A stretch of DNA of 64,000 nt from an uncultured Parabacteroides sp. (GTDB lineage: Bacteria; Bacteroidota; Bacteroidia; Bacteroidales; Tannerellaceae), in assembly GCA_944325355.1 (NCBI GenBank), contig CALUZS010000015.1, positions 12,758 through 76,757 on the forward strand, in the 5' to 3' direction. Below the pieces are notes generated by a model that ran no database searches, was not told where the DNA came from, and saw nothing but the letters and a program-made list of their open reading frames with translations. The translations under genes and the position numbers were made by a program. Positions 9,880-19,350 of this stretch are shown one piece after another. The number at the start of each line of letters is the position of its first letter. The stretch's first letter is position 1.

Positions 9880-11874
9880 CTATTCCCTTTCAGATTCTTT
9901 TATGTATCCGTTGCGATAGGCGTATAGCAATCTCATCAGGTCGGTTATTTGCTGTTGCAATTCTTTCCCTTTATCGGTATCTTTTACCATTTGCCGATGG
10001 GAGTTTAATTCGACGACAATGGTGGTCGATTTGATGTCCAGCCCTTCTTTGATCGCTTTTGCTGTCGATTCAAAAGGTTCGTGCTGAACCAATTGGAATC
10101 CTCGGGAGTGGTAGACAAGCGTATATCCGGCGATGCCTGTTTCCAAGTGGTACGGACGGGAGAAGCCGCCGTCAATAACCAGCATTTTACCGTTGGCTTT
10201 GATTGGATTCTCTCCGTTGATGGAGCGGACGGGAACATGCCCGTTGATAATATGGCGGTGTTCTCCTTCTACCTCAAATTCATCCAATATCATGTCGCAG
10301 ATACGTTCTTCATTTCGGAGTGTATAATAAGCTCCTTTTTGTTCCACATGGGTTTCTTGCTCTTCAATGAAACAGCGTTCGAAGGTTGCCATTTTACTTT
10401 TGTCGAAGAGTGGAGAGTCTTTCCCGCACCAGAGATACCATATATAGTCTAATGCAAAATCAACTTCCTCTTGTATTCCAGCCTTGAAATAAGCTGTCCG
10501 TATCAAATGGTCCACCCTGTCCAACAAATTTTTCCCTTTGTAGGTTTTTCCCATGATTGTTACGGTTTTCAGTGTGCCGTCGCTGTTCATCGGGATGGAA
10601 GCGTGATACAATAAGTTGGAATTGCATACCAGATACATGCTGCCGTGCAAGAAGAGACAGCGCATGTGTTCTTTTAGCTTTTCGCTGCCTTCAAACGACT
10701 GCTTGAGACGGTTCATCAATGCTTCCTCCTCGATGGAGAGGTCGTATGGGTCATGCGTGTCCAACGTGGGAAAGTTCTTGTCCCGCAATGGATATGTTTT
10801 CCCCTTAATGGTTATTGTTCCTTTGGGTTTGTCAATAAGGTGCAGTAGCATGCGGTCGTCCATCTCAAACTCCGGTCGCCGGCGGATAGTTTTTCCTTCC
10901 AGCTTGTACTGGATAATAGAGATGGCTTTGTGCATTTTTGCAATCAAGCGAATCGTTTTCTCGTCATATTTCCGGTCGGAGAACTTTGTCTTCGGGATAA
11001 ATAGTTCGCATTCATCGTTGTCGTATGTCTCCATCGCGAAAGTAGCTAAAGGCAATAAGTTGATACCATAGCCGTCTTCCAAGGTCGCAAGGTTACCGAA
11101 GCGTAGGCTCATCCGTATAACGTTGGCAATACAGACCAAGTTGCCTGATGCCGCTCCTATCCATAAGACATCGTGGTTTCCCCATTGGATGTCGAAGTTG
11201 TGGTATGAACTGAGCAAATCCATGATTTTGTGGGCGCCCGGTCCTCTGTCGTAGATATCTCCGATGATGTGCAACGAGTCGATGGTAAGACGTTGAATCA
11301 GATTGCACATGGCAATGATAAAATCATCAGCTCTTCCCGTGGAGATGATTGTCGAGATGATTCGGTCTACATACGCATGCTTGTTGGGTTCAACCGATGA
11401 TTCATGTAGCAATTCCTGAATTATATAGGAAAATTCCTGTGGAAGTGATTTTCTGACTTTGGAACGGGTGTATTTGGAAGAAACGTTTCTGCAAACTTTC
11501 ACCAATTGGTTCAATGTTATCTGATACCAATCGTCTATCTCTTTTTCCTGGCTTTTTACCAGTTCCAGTTTCTCTTCCGGATAGTAAATCAGCGTGCAGA
11601 GTTCTTTCCTTTCCTGTTCCCGCAAGCTGTTGTTGAAAATCTCGTTCACTTTTCTCTTTACTGCACCGGAACCATTCCTTAACACATGGCTGAATGCCTG
11701 GTATTCCCCATGGATATCGGTTAGGAAATGTTCGGTTCCTTTGGGAAGATTCAATATTGCTTCTAAATTGATTATTTCGGTACTTGCTGCTGCAATGGTG
11801 GGAAAATTGCGGGATAGTAATTGTAGGTAACGCAAGTCTGCAATGACATCTTTTGAGACAACTTCTTTTTTCAT
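9880..11874 (-). CDS. fbp: Fructose-1,6-bisphosphatase class 3
   Basis: LNLPKGTEHFLTDIHGE, IGDIYDRGP, WGNHD, NGHVP, VIDGGFS. Confidence 0.95.
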   Translation of the reverse strand: MKKEVVSKDVIADLRYLQLLSRNFPTIAAASTEIINLEAILNLPKGTEHFLTDIHGEYQAFSHVLRNGSGAVKRKVNEIFNNSLREQERKELCTLIYYPEEKLELVKSQEKEIDDWYQITLNQLVKVCRNVSSKYTRSKVRKSLPQEFSYIIQELLHESSVEPNKHAYVDRIISTIISTGRADDFIIAMCNLIQRLTIDSLHIIGDIYDRGPGAHKIMDLLSSYHNFDIQWGNHDVLWIGAASGNLVCIANVIRMSLRFGNLATLEDGYGINLLPLATFAMETYDNDECELFIPKTKFSDRKYDEKTIRLIAKMHKAISIIQYKLEGKTIRRRPEFEMDDRMLLHLIDKPKGTITIKGKTYPLRDKNFPTLDTHDPYDLSIEEEALMNRLKQSFEGSEKLKEHMRCLFLHGSMYLVCNSNLLYHASIPMNSDGTLKTVTIMGKTYKGKNLLDRVDHLIRTAYFKAGIQEEVDFALDYIWYLWCGKDSPLFDKSKMATFERCFIEEQETHVEQKGAYYTLRNEERICDMILDEFEVEGEHRHIINGHVPVRSINGENPIKANGKMLVIDGGFSRPYHLETGIAGYTLVYHSRGFQLVQHEPFESTAKAIKEGLDIKSTTIVVELNSHRQMVKDTDKGKELQQQITDLMRLLYAYRNGYIKESERE

Positions 11875-11894
11875 ATAAAGCAGATAGTTTTTTG

Positions 11895-11902
11895 CAAAAG
11901 TA
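11895..11902 (-). promoter_or_regulatory. Bacteroidetes sigma-A -7 box for the fbp operon
   Basis: TACTTTTG on minus strand with TTTG (-33) 19 nt upstream at 11922-11925. Confidence 0.65.
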
Positions 11903-11928
11903 CGAAAAGAGTACAGGTTGACAAAATC

Positions 11929-13179
11929 TCAAATCCCTGCGCAATTCCGGAAAATAATGTCCAATATTTTTTCGGTTGCCCCGGCATTGTTTTTTACAAA
12001 TATTCCGGCTTTTTCCCCGGCTGCCAATCTTTTTCCCTTGTCATTGACCAATGTGTCCATCGTCTCAGAGAAACTTGTGCTGTTATTAATAGGGAATCCC
12101 CCGCCAATAGCTATCAGTTCCTTGATTTCTTTGAATTTGTAGTAATTAGGACCGAATATTACCGGTAATCCGTAAACGGCGGCTTCCAACGTGTTGTGTA
12201 CTCCGGCGCCAAATCCTCCTCCTACATAGGTTATGTCTGCATATCGGTAAATAGACGAAAGCAGTCCGAAGCCGTCGATTATCAGACAATCTTTTTTCGA
12301 GATGCTGTTTGTTGCTATTTCCGACAGGCGGATTGCCGGACGCGACAGCCTTGATTGTATATACATCAGGTGTTCGCGATGTATTTCATGGGGAGCAATA
12401 ATCAGCTTTATGTTTGGATGTGTATTGATATAATCCAGCAAAATCTCTTCATCTTGTGGCCATGAACTGCCAGCTACAACAACAATGTCGTTTTCTTTCC
12501 TGTTTTCTTTTAAAAAGTTTTCTACGATTTCGATTGGGTGGGATAGATGGAAAACGTCTAGCACCCGGTCGAAACGAGTGTCTCCGGTAACTGTCACGTT
12601 TTTGATACCAAAATGCGACAAAAGTTCCATGGAATTTTTATCCTGTACGAAAAGCTGTGTGAACAGGTGCAATAATTTCCGGTAACTGTACCCATACCAT
12701 TTGAAAAATAACTGTTCCGGTCGGAATATTGCGGAAACAACATAAACGGGAATCCCTCTTTTTTTCAATTCTTTCAAATAGTTTCCCCAAAACTCGTATT
12801 TTATGAATATGGCGATGGCGGGATTGGAAAGGTTTAAGAATTTTTTTACCCGATAAGGCGTATCGAACGGCAGATAACAGATGACATCTGCCCCGCTGTA
12901 ATTCTTCCGCACTTCATAACCTGAAGGAGAAAAGAATGTTAATAGGATTTTGTACTCCGGATGTCGCTGTTTTATCTTTTCCATTAAAGGACGTCCTTGC
13001 TCAAACTCTCCTAAAGAGGATGCATGGAACCAGATATATCGGGCGTTCCTGTCTATTTTTTCCCGTAAAGTGGAATTTGTTTTCCATTGTCCAAGACGCA
13101 TCATCCTCGCTTTCCGGTGGAACGGGGCGATTAACTCGATGATTAGCGAATAGATATGTATGATAAATGTATATATCAT
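11929..13179 (-). CDS. kdtA: 3-deoxy-D-manno-octulosonic acid transferase
   Basis: IWFHASSLGEFEQ, LLTFFSPSG, YLPFD, TGDTRFD, HNTLEAAVYG. Confidence 0.93.
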   Translation of the reverse strand: MIYTFIIHIYSLIIELIAPFHRKARMMRLGQWKTNSTLREKIDRNARYIWFHASSLGEFEQGRPLMEKIKQRHPEYKILLTFFSPSGYEVRKNYSGADVICYLPFDTPYRVKKFLNLSNPAIAIFIKYEFWGNYLKELKKRGIPVYVVSAIFRPEQLFFKWYGYSYRKLLHLFTQLFVQDKNSMELLSHFGIKNVTVTGDTRFDRVLDVFHLSHPIEIVENFLKENRKENDIVVVAGSSWPQDEEILLDYINTHPNIKLIIAPHEIHREHLMYIQSRLSRPAIRLSEIATNSISKKDCLIIDGFGLLSSIYRYADITYVGGGFGAGVHNTLEAAVYGLPVIFGPNYYKFKEIKELIAIGGGFPINNSTSFSETMDTLVNDKGKRLAAGEKAGIFVKNNAGATEKILDIIFRNCAGI

Positions 13180-13236
13180 AGGTGTAATTATGCGAAAGAG
13201 CCGATAAATCGGAAATTATCGGCTCAAGATTATTTT

Positions 13237-14757
13237 TTATTTGAGGACATCGATAGCACGTTGGATTCGGCGGATAGATTCCTCTTTTCCCAAGGCTTCT
13301 GTAATATCGAAGATGTGCGGTCCTTTTCCTTCGCCTACCAAAGCCAACCGGGTTGCGTTCATGATGTTGCCCAAGTGGTATCCTTTCTGTTCAATCCATG
13401 CTTTTACTTCGTTTTCGGTTCCTTCAATATCGAACGGTTCCCGTTGTTTCAATATCTCAATCATTTCGCTTAACTGAACGGCGCTGTCCTCTTTCCAGCG
13501 TTTTTTCCGTGTTTTTTCATCGTATTCTGTCGGAGCGATGAAGAAGAATGAGCAAGTTTCCCATAATTCTTTAATGAAGCTGACGCGTCCTTTCATCATT
13601 CCTACAACTTTTTCAACATATTCCATCGAAGTGTTTATGCCGTGTTCCTTCAGAATAGGCATGAAAAGGGAAGCAATCTCTTTATTGTCTTTCCGTTGGA
13701 TGTATTGATGGTTGAACCATTTTCCTTTTTCGTAGTCGAATTTCGCACCGCTTTTGCTGCAATGTGACAAATCGAACGCACGTATCAGTTCATCCATCGT
13801 CATAATCTCTTGGTCATTGCCTGGATTCCATCCCAGCAGTGCCAGGAAGTTGACAACAGCTTCCGGGAGATAGCCGCTTTCCCGGTATCCTGAAGATATA
13901 TCTCCTGTTTTGGGGTCGTGCCATTCCAATGGGAAAACAGGGAATCCCAACCGGTCTCCGTCGCGTTTGCTTAATTTTCCGTTACCTTCCGGCTTTAGAA
14001 GAAGTGACAGGTGGGCAAATTCCGGCATGGTCTCTTCCCATCCGAAATAGCGGTAAAGAAGTACGTGCAACGGTGCGCTTGGAAGCCATTCTTCTCCGCG
14101 AATGACGTGCGAAATCTCCATCAGATGGTCATCTACAATATTCGCGAGATGATAAGTAGGCAGTTGGTCTGCCGATTTGTATAAGACTTTGTCATCCAAA
14201 ATGGAAGAGTTTATGACAACTTCTCCACGGATTAAGTCGTGTACGTGTATATCTTCGTTCGGTTCAATCTTTACGCGTACTACGTATTGGTTGCCTTCGT
14301 TGATGCGTTTTTGGGTTTCCTCAGCCGATAGGGTCAAAGAATTGCACATCTGCATCCGCGTTGATGCGTCGTATTGGAAATTCGGTGTGATTTTTCGTTT
14401 CGCTTCCAGTTCTTGGGGGGTATCGAATGCAATGTAGGCATGCCCGTTTTGTAACAATTGGTCGACATATTTTTTGTATATTTCGCGCCGTTCGCTTTGG
14501 CGGTAAGGGCCATATTTTCCTCCAATACCCACTCCTTCGTCAAACTTAATTCCTAACCAGGTGAGCGCTTCAATTATATATTCTTCCGCTCCGGGAACAA
14601 AGCGTTGGGAATCGGTATCTTCTATCCGAAGGAGTAAATCCCCTCCGTGTTGTTTCGCAAATAGATAATTATATAATGCGGTTCGTACGCCACCGATGTG
14701 CAAAGCTCCGGTCGGACTTGGAGCAAAACGTACTCTAACTCGTCTGTTTGTTGTCAT
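13237..14757 (-). CDS. gltX: Glutamate--tRNA ligase
   Basis: [14 protein letters not shown] (HIGH), LRIEDTD, KLSKR. Confidence 0.97.
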   Translation of the reverse strand: MTTNRRVRVRFAPSPTGALHIGGVRTALYNYLFAKQHGGDLLLRIEDTDSQRFVPGAEEYIIEALTWLGIKFDEGVGIGGKYGPYRQSERREIYKKYVDQLLQNGHAYIAFDTPQELEAKRKITPNFQYDASTRMQMCNSLTLSAEETQKRINEGNQYVVRVKIEPNEDIHVHDLIRGEVVINSSILDDKVLYKSADQLPTYHLANIVDDHLMEISHVIRGEEWLPSAPLHVLLYRYFGWEETMPEFAHLSLLLKPEGNGKLSKRDGDRLGFPVFPLEWHDPKTGDISSGYRESGYLPEAVVNFLALLGWNPGNDQEIMTMDELIRAFDLSHCSKSGAKFDYEKGKWFNHQYIQRKDNKEIASLFMPILKEHGINTSMEYVEKVVGMMKGRVSFIKELWETCSFFFIAPTEYDEKTRKKRWKEDSAVQLSEMIEILKQREPFDIEGTENEVKAWIEQKGYHLGNIMNATRLALVGEGKGPHIFDITEALGKEESIRRIQRAIDVLK

Positions 14758-14784
14758 TTCAATCCTTTTTTGTTACAATGGGGA

Positions 14785-14792
14785 CAAAATTA
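14785..14792 (-). promoter_or_regulatory. -7 promoter box for gltX
   Basis: TAATTTTG on minus strand 28 nt upstream of the start codon. Confidence 0.55.
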
Positions 14793-14981
14793 AGCTTTTT
14801 TTCTCTGATAGTATATAAAATTTGCTTACTTTTCGCCCAAGAAAGCGTTCATCGTTTTCTCTCCTTTTGATGGAATGGATAGGAAATTTCATGAAGGAGC
14901 TTGGAATAGTGTAAGGATAATAAAGTCGAATGGCTGGGGAATGATGTGCAATTCTCTGGAAATATTATTGATACTGATATG

Positions 14982-17015
14982 AATATTAAAAGATTGAATA
15001 TCCCGAATGTTGTTTATTTTGTGGCAACAGCGCTGCTCATAGCCTACTTTTTCCCGCGCGAAGGTAAATTCCGTTATCAGTTCCATGAAGGAAAACCTTG
15101 GAGATATGGGTTGCTTACAGCTACAAGCGATTTCCCGATTTATAAAACTCAAGAGGAGATTAAGCAGGAGCAGGACAGCGCTTTGAAAAAGTTTTCTCCA
15201 TATTTTAAGATTGATTTGTCTGTCTCATCGACACAGACGGATAAATTGGGGAATGATTTCAATAATAACCGGAAAGGTTCTGAGATTCCACGTGAATATG
15301 TGCGGTATATCTCGGAACAACTCAGCTATATTTATCAATCCGGAATCCTTTCGTCCGACGAGTTGATAAAGTTGAAAGAAAATAAGTATGAGCAGATTTT
15401 TATATTGGAAAATGCAGTGGCGAAGTCTGTACCTATATCGAATCTTTTCACGACGAAGACAGCTTATGAATATATCTTGAATAATGCGCCGTTGCATTTC
15501 GATAAAAACAAACTGCAATCGTGCAATATCAATAATTACCTTACTTATAATCTGAGCTATGATAAGGATATGTCGGATAAGGTAAAGGATGACATTCTCC
15601 GCAGCGTGTCTATCTCTTCCGGAATGGTGCAAGCTGGCGAGCGGATTGTCGACCGGGGAGAGATTGTTGATACTCATACATATAATGTTTTACGCTCGTT
15701 AAAGACCGTCTACGAGTCGAAAACCGGAGGCGATCGTCGGCACAGTATCATGTTGGCAGGGCAATTCGTTTTGGTTTGCGGGATTATATTTTGCTTTTGG
15801 TTCTATCTATGGTTTTTCCGTCCGAAGATATTCCATAAACGTAAGAATGTATTCTTCTTGTTGTGCTGCATATTCATGTGTTGCTTCCTGACGGAGTTTT
15901 GCGTCGCGTACGGGCTGTTTAATATCTACATACTCCCGTATGCTATCGTTCCGATTGTGGTTAGGACTTTTTTCGACTCGCGGACAGCTTTGTTTACCCA
16001 CCTGATTACTGTGTTGATTTGTTCGGTGATGGCGCCGTTTCCTCATGAATTTATCCTGATGCAGACGATTGCGGGCATGGTTGTCATCTTTAGTCTGAAA
16101 GATTTGTCTCAACGTTCGGAACTGATTCGCTGTGCCTTTTTTATATTCCTTTCGTATGTGCTGACATATATCTCCCTCGTGCTTTATCAAGAGGGAGATT
16201 TCCTGAAAATAAATTGGATGATGTTCCTCTATTTGGGAATTAATTTCATTTTGTTGATGTTTGCCTACGTATTGGTGTACATGTTGGAGAAGACGTTCGG
16301 TTATATTTCGAACATCACACTGGTAGAGTTGTCGAATATCAATATGCCGTTGTTGAAAAAATTGAGCGAAACTTGTCCGGGAACGTTCCAACATTCGTTG
16401 CAAGTCTCCATCTTGGCAGCGGAAGCTGCCGGAAAAATCAATGCGAATGCGCAACTCGTGAGGACCGGCGCGCTTTATCACGATGTGGGGAAAATGACGA
16501 ATCCTGTTTTCTTTACGGAGAACCAGAATAACGTGAACCCCCATAACCAACTAAGCTTCGACGAGAGCGCACGGATTGTAATCAGCCATGTGAGCGAAGG
16601 CGTTAAGATTGCCGAGAAATACAACTTGCCGGAAGCTATCATTGATTTTATCCGGACGCATCACGGGAAAGGGAAAGCCAAATATTTCTATAATTCTTTC
16701 AAAAATCAATATCCGGATAGGAAAATTGATGAAAGTGTGTTCACTTATCCTGGACCGAACCCGTTTTCAAAGGAGACTGCCGTGCTGATGATGGCTGATT
16801 CGGTTGAAGCAGCGTCCAGAAGCTTGAAAGAACATTCGGAAGAGGAGATACAGGCATTGGTCAATAAGATTATCGATGGGCAAATGGCTGACGGGCTTTT
16901 AAAGAATGCTCCGTTAACCTATAAAGATGTGGAGACCGTCAAGCAGGTGTTTATCGATAAACTGAAGATGATGTACCACACCCGTATCAGTTATCCGGAT
17001 TTGAAAAAGGATTAG
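14982..17015 (+). CDS. 7TM-HD family phosphohydrolase (HDIG; PgpH-like)
   Basis: Extracellular 7TMR-HD domain, 7 TM helices, PGTFQHS, YHDVGK, RTHHG, MMADSVEAASR; alternative start 14946. Confidence 0.88.
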   Translation, partial: NIKRLNIPNVVYFVATALLIAYFFPREGKFRYQFHEGKPWRYGLLTATSDFPIYKTQEEIKQEQDSALKKFSPYFKIDLSVSSTQTDKLGNDFNNNRKGSEIPREYVRYISEQLSYIYQSGILSSDELIKLKENKYEQIFILENAVAKSVPISNLFTTKTAYEYILNNAPLHFDKNKLQSCNINNYLTYNLSYDKDMSDKVKDDILRSVSISSGMVQAGERIVDRGEIVDTHTYNVLRSLKTVYESKTGGDRRHSIMLAGQFVLVCGIIFCFWFYLWFFRPKIFHKRKNVFFLLCCIFMCCFLTEFCVAYGLFNIYILPYAIVPIVVRTFFDSRTALFTHLITVLICSVMAPFPHEFILMQTIAGMVVIFSLKDLSQRSELIRCAFFIFLSYVLTYISLVLYQEGDFLKINWMMFLYLGINFILLMFAYVLVYMLEKTFGYISNITLVELSNINMPLLKKLSETCPGTFQHSLQVSILAAEAAGKINANAQLVRTGALYHDVGKMTNPVFFTENQNNVNPHNQLSFDESARIVISHVSEGVKIAEKYNLPEAIIDFIRTHHGKGKAKYFYNSFKNQYPDRKIDESVFTYPGPNPFSKETAVLMMADSVEAASRSLKEHSEEEIQALVNKIIDGQMADGLLKNAPLTYKDVETVKQVFIDKLKMMYHTRISYPDLKKD

Positions 17016-17527
17016 GATGATAACAGTCTGTTGAGCAGCCCCTGGCAGCAATCTTCCAGCAAATCGAGTACAAGTTCAAACCCGGACGCTCCGGAATAAT
17101 AGGGATCGGGGATATAATCGTAGAGTTTGTTGGTGGCGTATTCCGTCATTTGATGGATTTTTGCCAACGATTCCAAGTCGGGAGCCTTCGCTTTCAGGTC
17201 GTCTATGTTGCGATCGTCCATGCCGATGATGAAGTCGAAGGTGTAGAAATCCGCGCCTGTTATGGGGCGCGATATGGATTCGAGCACGTAGCCCCGGCGG
17301 ATTGCGTGCGCTTTCATCCGTGGATCTGCCGGTTCCCCTTCGTGGTAGGCAATAATTCCGGCCGAGTCGATGAAAAAGGAGCTGTCTGCTCCGGCATCCT
17401 TTACCAGTTTTTTCATGATAGCTTCTGCCGATGGTGAGCGGCAGATATTGCCCAGGCATACGAAGAGTATCTTGTATTCTTTCTGTTTTGTTTCTGCGGG
17501 AAAGTCGTTGTTCATAATATGTATCAT
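17012..17527 (-). CDS. Low molecular weight protein-tyrosine phosphatase
   Basis: Active-site CLGNICRS, IDSAG, IPDPYY; alternative start 17515. Confidence 0.93.
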   Translation of the reverse strand: MIHIMNNDFPAETKQKEYKILFVCLGNICRSPSAEAIMKKLVKDAGADSSFFIDSAGIIAYHEGEPADPRMKAHAIRRGYVLESISRPITGADFYTFDFIIGMDDRNIDDLKAKAPDLESLAKIHQMTEYATNKLYDYIPDPYYSGASGFELVLDLLEDCCQGLLNRLLSS

Positions 17528-17578
17528 GTTGTTCCTTGTTCGATAATTATATGGTTTTTATATATTGCTTGGAATACA

Positions 17579-17634
17579 TTACAGCGGGTCTACGTCGTAG
17601 TGGATAATGACTCCCGGATTTCCGGGAAGTCATT
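17579..17634 (-). repeat. Direct-repeat remnant of the priA 3' end (copy of 19351-19407)
   Basis: 17579-17604 identical to 19351-19376 (26 bp); extended diverged match encodes NDFPEIR-(1-nt deletion)-VIIHYDVDPL* versus priA NLFPDSRQVIVHYDVDPL*. Confidence 0.9.
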
Positions 17635-17703
17635 ATCTTTTTATATTCTTATCCAGCAACAAGTATCTCAGAATTAATTACCATTGTATATCATAGCATT
17701 AAA

Positions 17704-18216
17704 CTAATAAATCTCTCGAATCCACCTTTCTTTATCAGACATACCCCATTGCACATGCCATTTACGACCATCCGTTTTATCAATTAAGATGAACTGATAC
17801 ATGTTTTTCGTTGGATATAATTCGAATGAACTAGGAACATCGCTCAAGAAGTCATGGGACAAAACTTCATCGTTTATAGTAACCGAACCTTCATTGTCAG
17901 CATCCAAAGACCATTGCACTTGTTCTATCCGTCCTGTCTGTGTATCCAGTTGTAATAGGGTATAGATATTTTCCGTTGGATATAACTTGTAACGTTCATT
18001 AAGAAGAGATGTATTTTCATCTATGAGATCTGTATTTATTTCAAGATAAGTTAATAGTTCGTTGTTAATAGCCATGAGTGTATCAATCTTTGCAAGGAGG
18101 GCTACAATCTTTTCTTCTTGATTTCTAACTGTCTCCGAAGGAGGATTCTCGGCTGTTTGCGCTATTCCAGCAAACGGCAATAATATCAGGATTAAAAATA
18201 AAAATGTATGTTTCAT
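17704..18216 (-). CDS. Hypothetical secreted protein with an internal duplicated motif
   Basis: Signal peptide MKHTFLFLILILLPFAGIA; two copies of LYPT.N.Y....D...GR...VQW. Confidence 0.8.
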   Translation of the reverse strand: MKHTFLFLILILLPFAGIAQTAENPPSETVRNQEEKIVALLAKIDTLMAINNELLTYLEINTDLIDENTSLLNERYKLYPTENIYTLLQLDTQTGRIEQVQWSLDADNEGSVTINDEVLSHDFLSDVPSSFELYPTKNMYQFILIDKTDGRKWHVQWGMSDKERWIREIY

Positions 18217-18243
18217 TAGTCTTAAGCCTTTAAAGTTCCTAAT

Positions 18244-18507
18244 TTATAGATACCAATTATCCAATATCTCTTGCAGCAGAGATTGCGCATACTTTATAGC
18301 TTCTTCTTCTGGAATTTCTGTACGTTCGTCATATTCCCAGTCAGTTTCAAATTCCATGTCTACTAAAACTTGGGCTTCTTCCCGTTCAAAAGTCTTTGCC
18401 CACTTATTAAAATCATCCGAGTCTTCGACTTTAAGATTATGAATAGTATTAGTAAGATATTCTACTAACCATTCATTTAACTCGTTCTTAATGTTAATTG
18501 ATTTCAT
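18244..18507 (-). CDS. Small, highly acidic hypothetical protein (87 aa)
   Basis: ATG ORF co-oriented between HU-like gene and secreted protein with 27-37 bp gaps; 23 D/E versus 8 K/R. Confidence 0.65.
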   Translation of the reverse strand: MKSINIKNELNEWLVEYLTNTIHNLKVEDSDDFNKWAKTFEREEAQVLVDMEFETDWEYDERTEIPEEEAIKYAQSLLQEILDNWYL

Positions 18508-18544
18508 AATTAGTCTGTATTTAATTAATATGTAGGAAAGCTAT

Positions 18545-19021
18545 TTATTCGCCGGAGGGCTCTTCGTCAGGCGGTGTGACAAGTCCCTTTGCCTTGCGGT
18601 AGGATGCCATTGAGCCGTACTTGATGCCATCTTCCACTACGCCTTCGGCTTCGAAGGTTGCCGATGCAAGGGCGGCTTTCAGCTCCTTCGACGGCGTGAA
18701 GATGAACTTCGCGTTCTTAATCATCGTCTGTGCATCGAATTCTTCGATGTTTGTCACGCCTTTCGACCCGAACGACAGGCGCAGCTTGCCTAAACCTCCG
18801 ATAGTCACACTCACGCCGCGCAGGATGGCAGGCGTGAGCTTCTCGCTCGACACTTCCATCACGTGTTTGAACTCGCCTTTCGAGAGCGTTGTGTCTGCCA
18901 CAGCCAGTGCCGCAGTCTCGTCCGCATCGAGCGAGCCTTTCGATGCCGGGGCTGCGTACCACAGTTGTTCGTCTTTTCTGATGGGATTCACCCGTTTCAC
19001 TAAGTTGTAATTCGCTTTCAT
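18545..19021 (-). CDS. HU/IHF-like (histone-like, HU-HIG type) DNA-binding protein
   Basis: N-terminal KRVNP...WYA, VSVTIGGLGKLRLSFGSKG, FIFTPSKELK typical of Bacteroidetes HU-related proteins; start trimmed to MKANY (ORF track 19057). Confidence 0.85.
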   Translation of the reverse strand: MKANYNLVKRVNPIRKDEQLWYAAPASKGSLDADETAALAVADTTLSKGEFKHVMEVSSEKLTPAILRGVSVTIGGLGKLRLSFGSKGVTNIEEFDAQTMIKNAKFIFTPSKELKAALASATFEAEGVVEDGIKYGSMASYRKAKGLVTPPDEEPSGE

Positions 19022-19070
19022 TTCAACCTCCTCTTTTAAATTGTTTATGTTAGGCAATCGGTTATTTCCG

Positions 19071-19232
19071 GTTCCTTAGGCGGGCAGCTCAAGCCACCCG
19101 CCTGGCTAGTTTAGGCTATCCAGTTGGGTAAGTTTAGCTATCCGCCTGGATAGCTCTGGCTACCCATGTGGATAAGTTTGGCTATCTACCTGGGCAAGTT
19201 TTGCTATCCAGTTAAGGAGTTTGACTTACCCT
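19071..19232. repeat. Tandem array of ~7 palindromic 22-bp units (consensus GCTATCC-N4-GGRTAAG-TTTR)
   Basis: Unit starts at 19093, 19115, 19137, 19159, 19181, 19203, degenerate 19225 and 19071; unit at 19137 is a perfect GCTATCC-gcct-GGATAGC. Confidence 0.85.
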
Positions 19233-19235
19233 GCT

Positions 19236-19243
19236 TAAATATA
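19236..19243 (-). promoter_or_regulatory. Possible variant -7 box (TATATTTA) for the HU-like gene
   Basis: One mismatch to TAnnTTTG, immediately upstream of the 22-bp array. Confidence 0.35.
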
Positions 19244-19350
19244 CGGCGTATCTGCCGGATTGCCAAATAAAGAAGCAATAAAATGCGATATTTTCTATAT
19301 GGCGCGTCTTGTTTGCCTGCCTGCGGTGAAAGGTTGCGGCTCGGGGCGGT

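Larger units (their letters stand above)
17612..19350. mobile_element. Integrase-less genomic islet at the priA 3' end (3 ORFs plus repeat array)
   Basis: Bounded by the duplicated priA 3' end (offset 1772 bp); AT-rich cargo ORFs; no recombinase gene inside. Confidence 0.6.

Noticed and set aside
15807-16550. 247-aa antisense ORF inside the HD phosphohydrolase gene
   Set aside because: Fully antisense to a well-supported gene with no recognisable motifs
19071-19232. CRISPR interpretation of the 22-bp array
   Set aside because: Units are directly adjacent with only 4 variable central bases, no unique spacers and no cas genes
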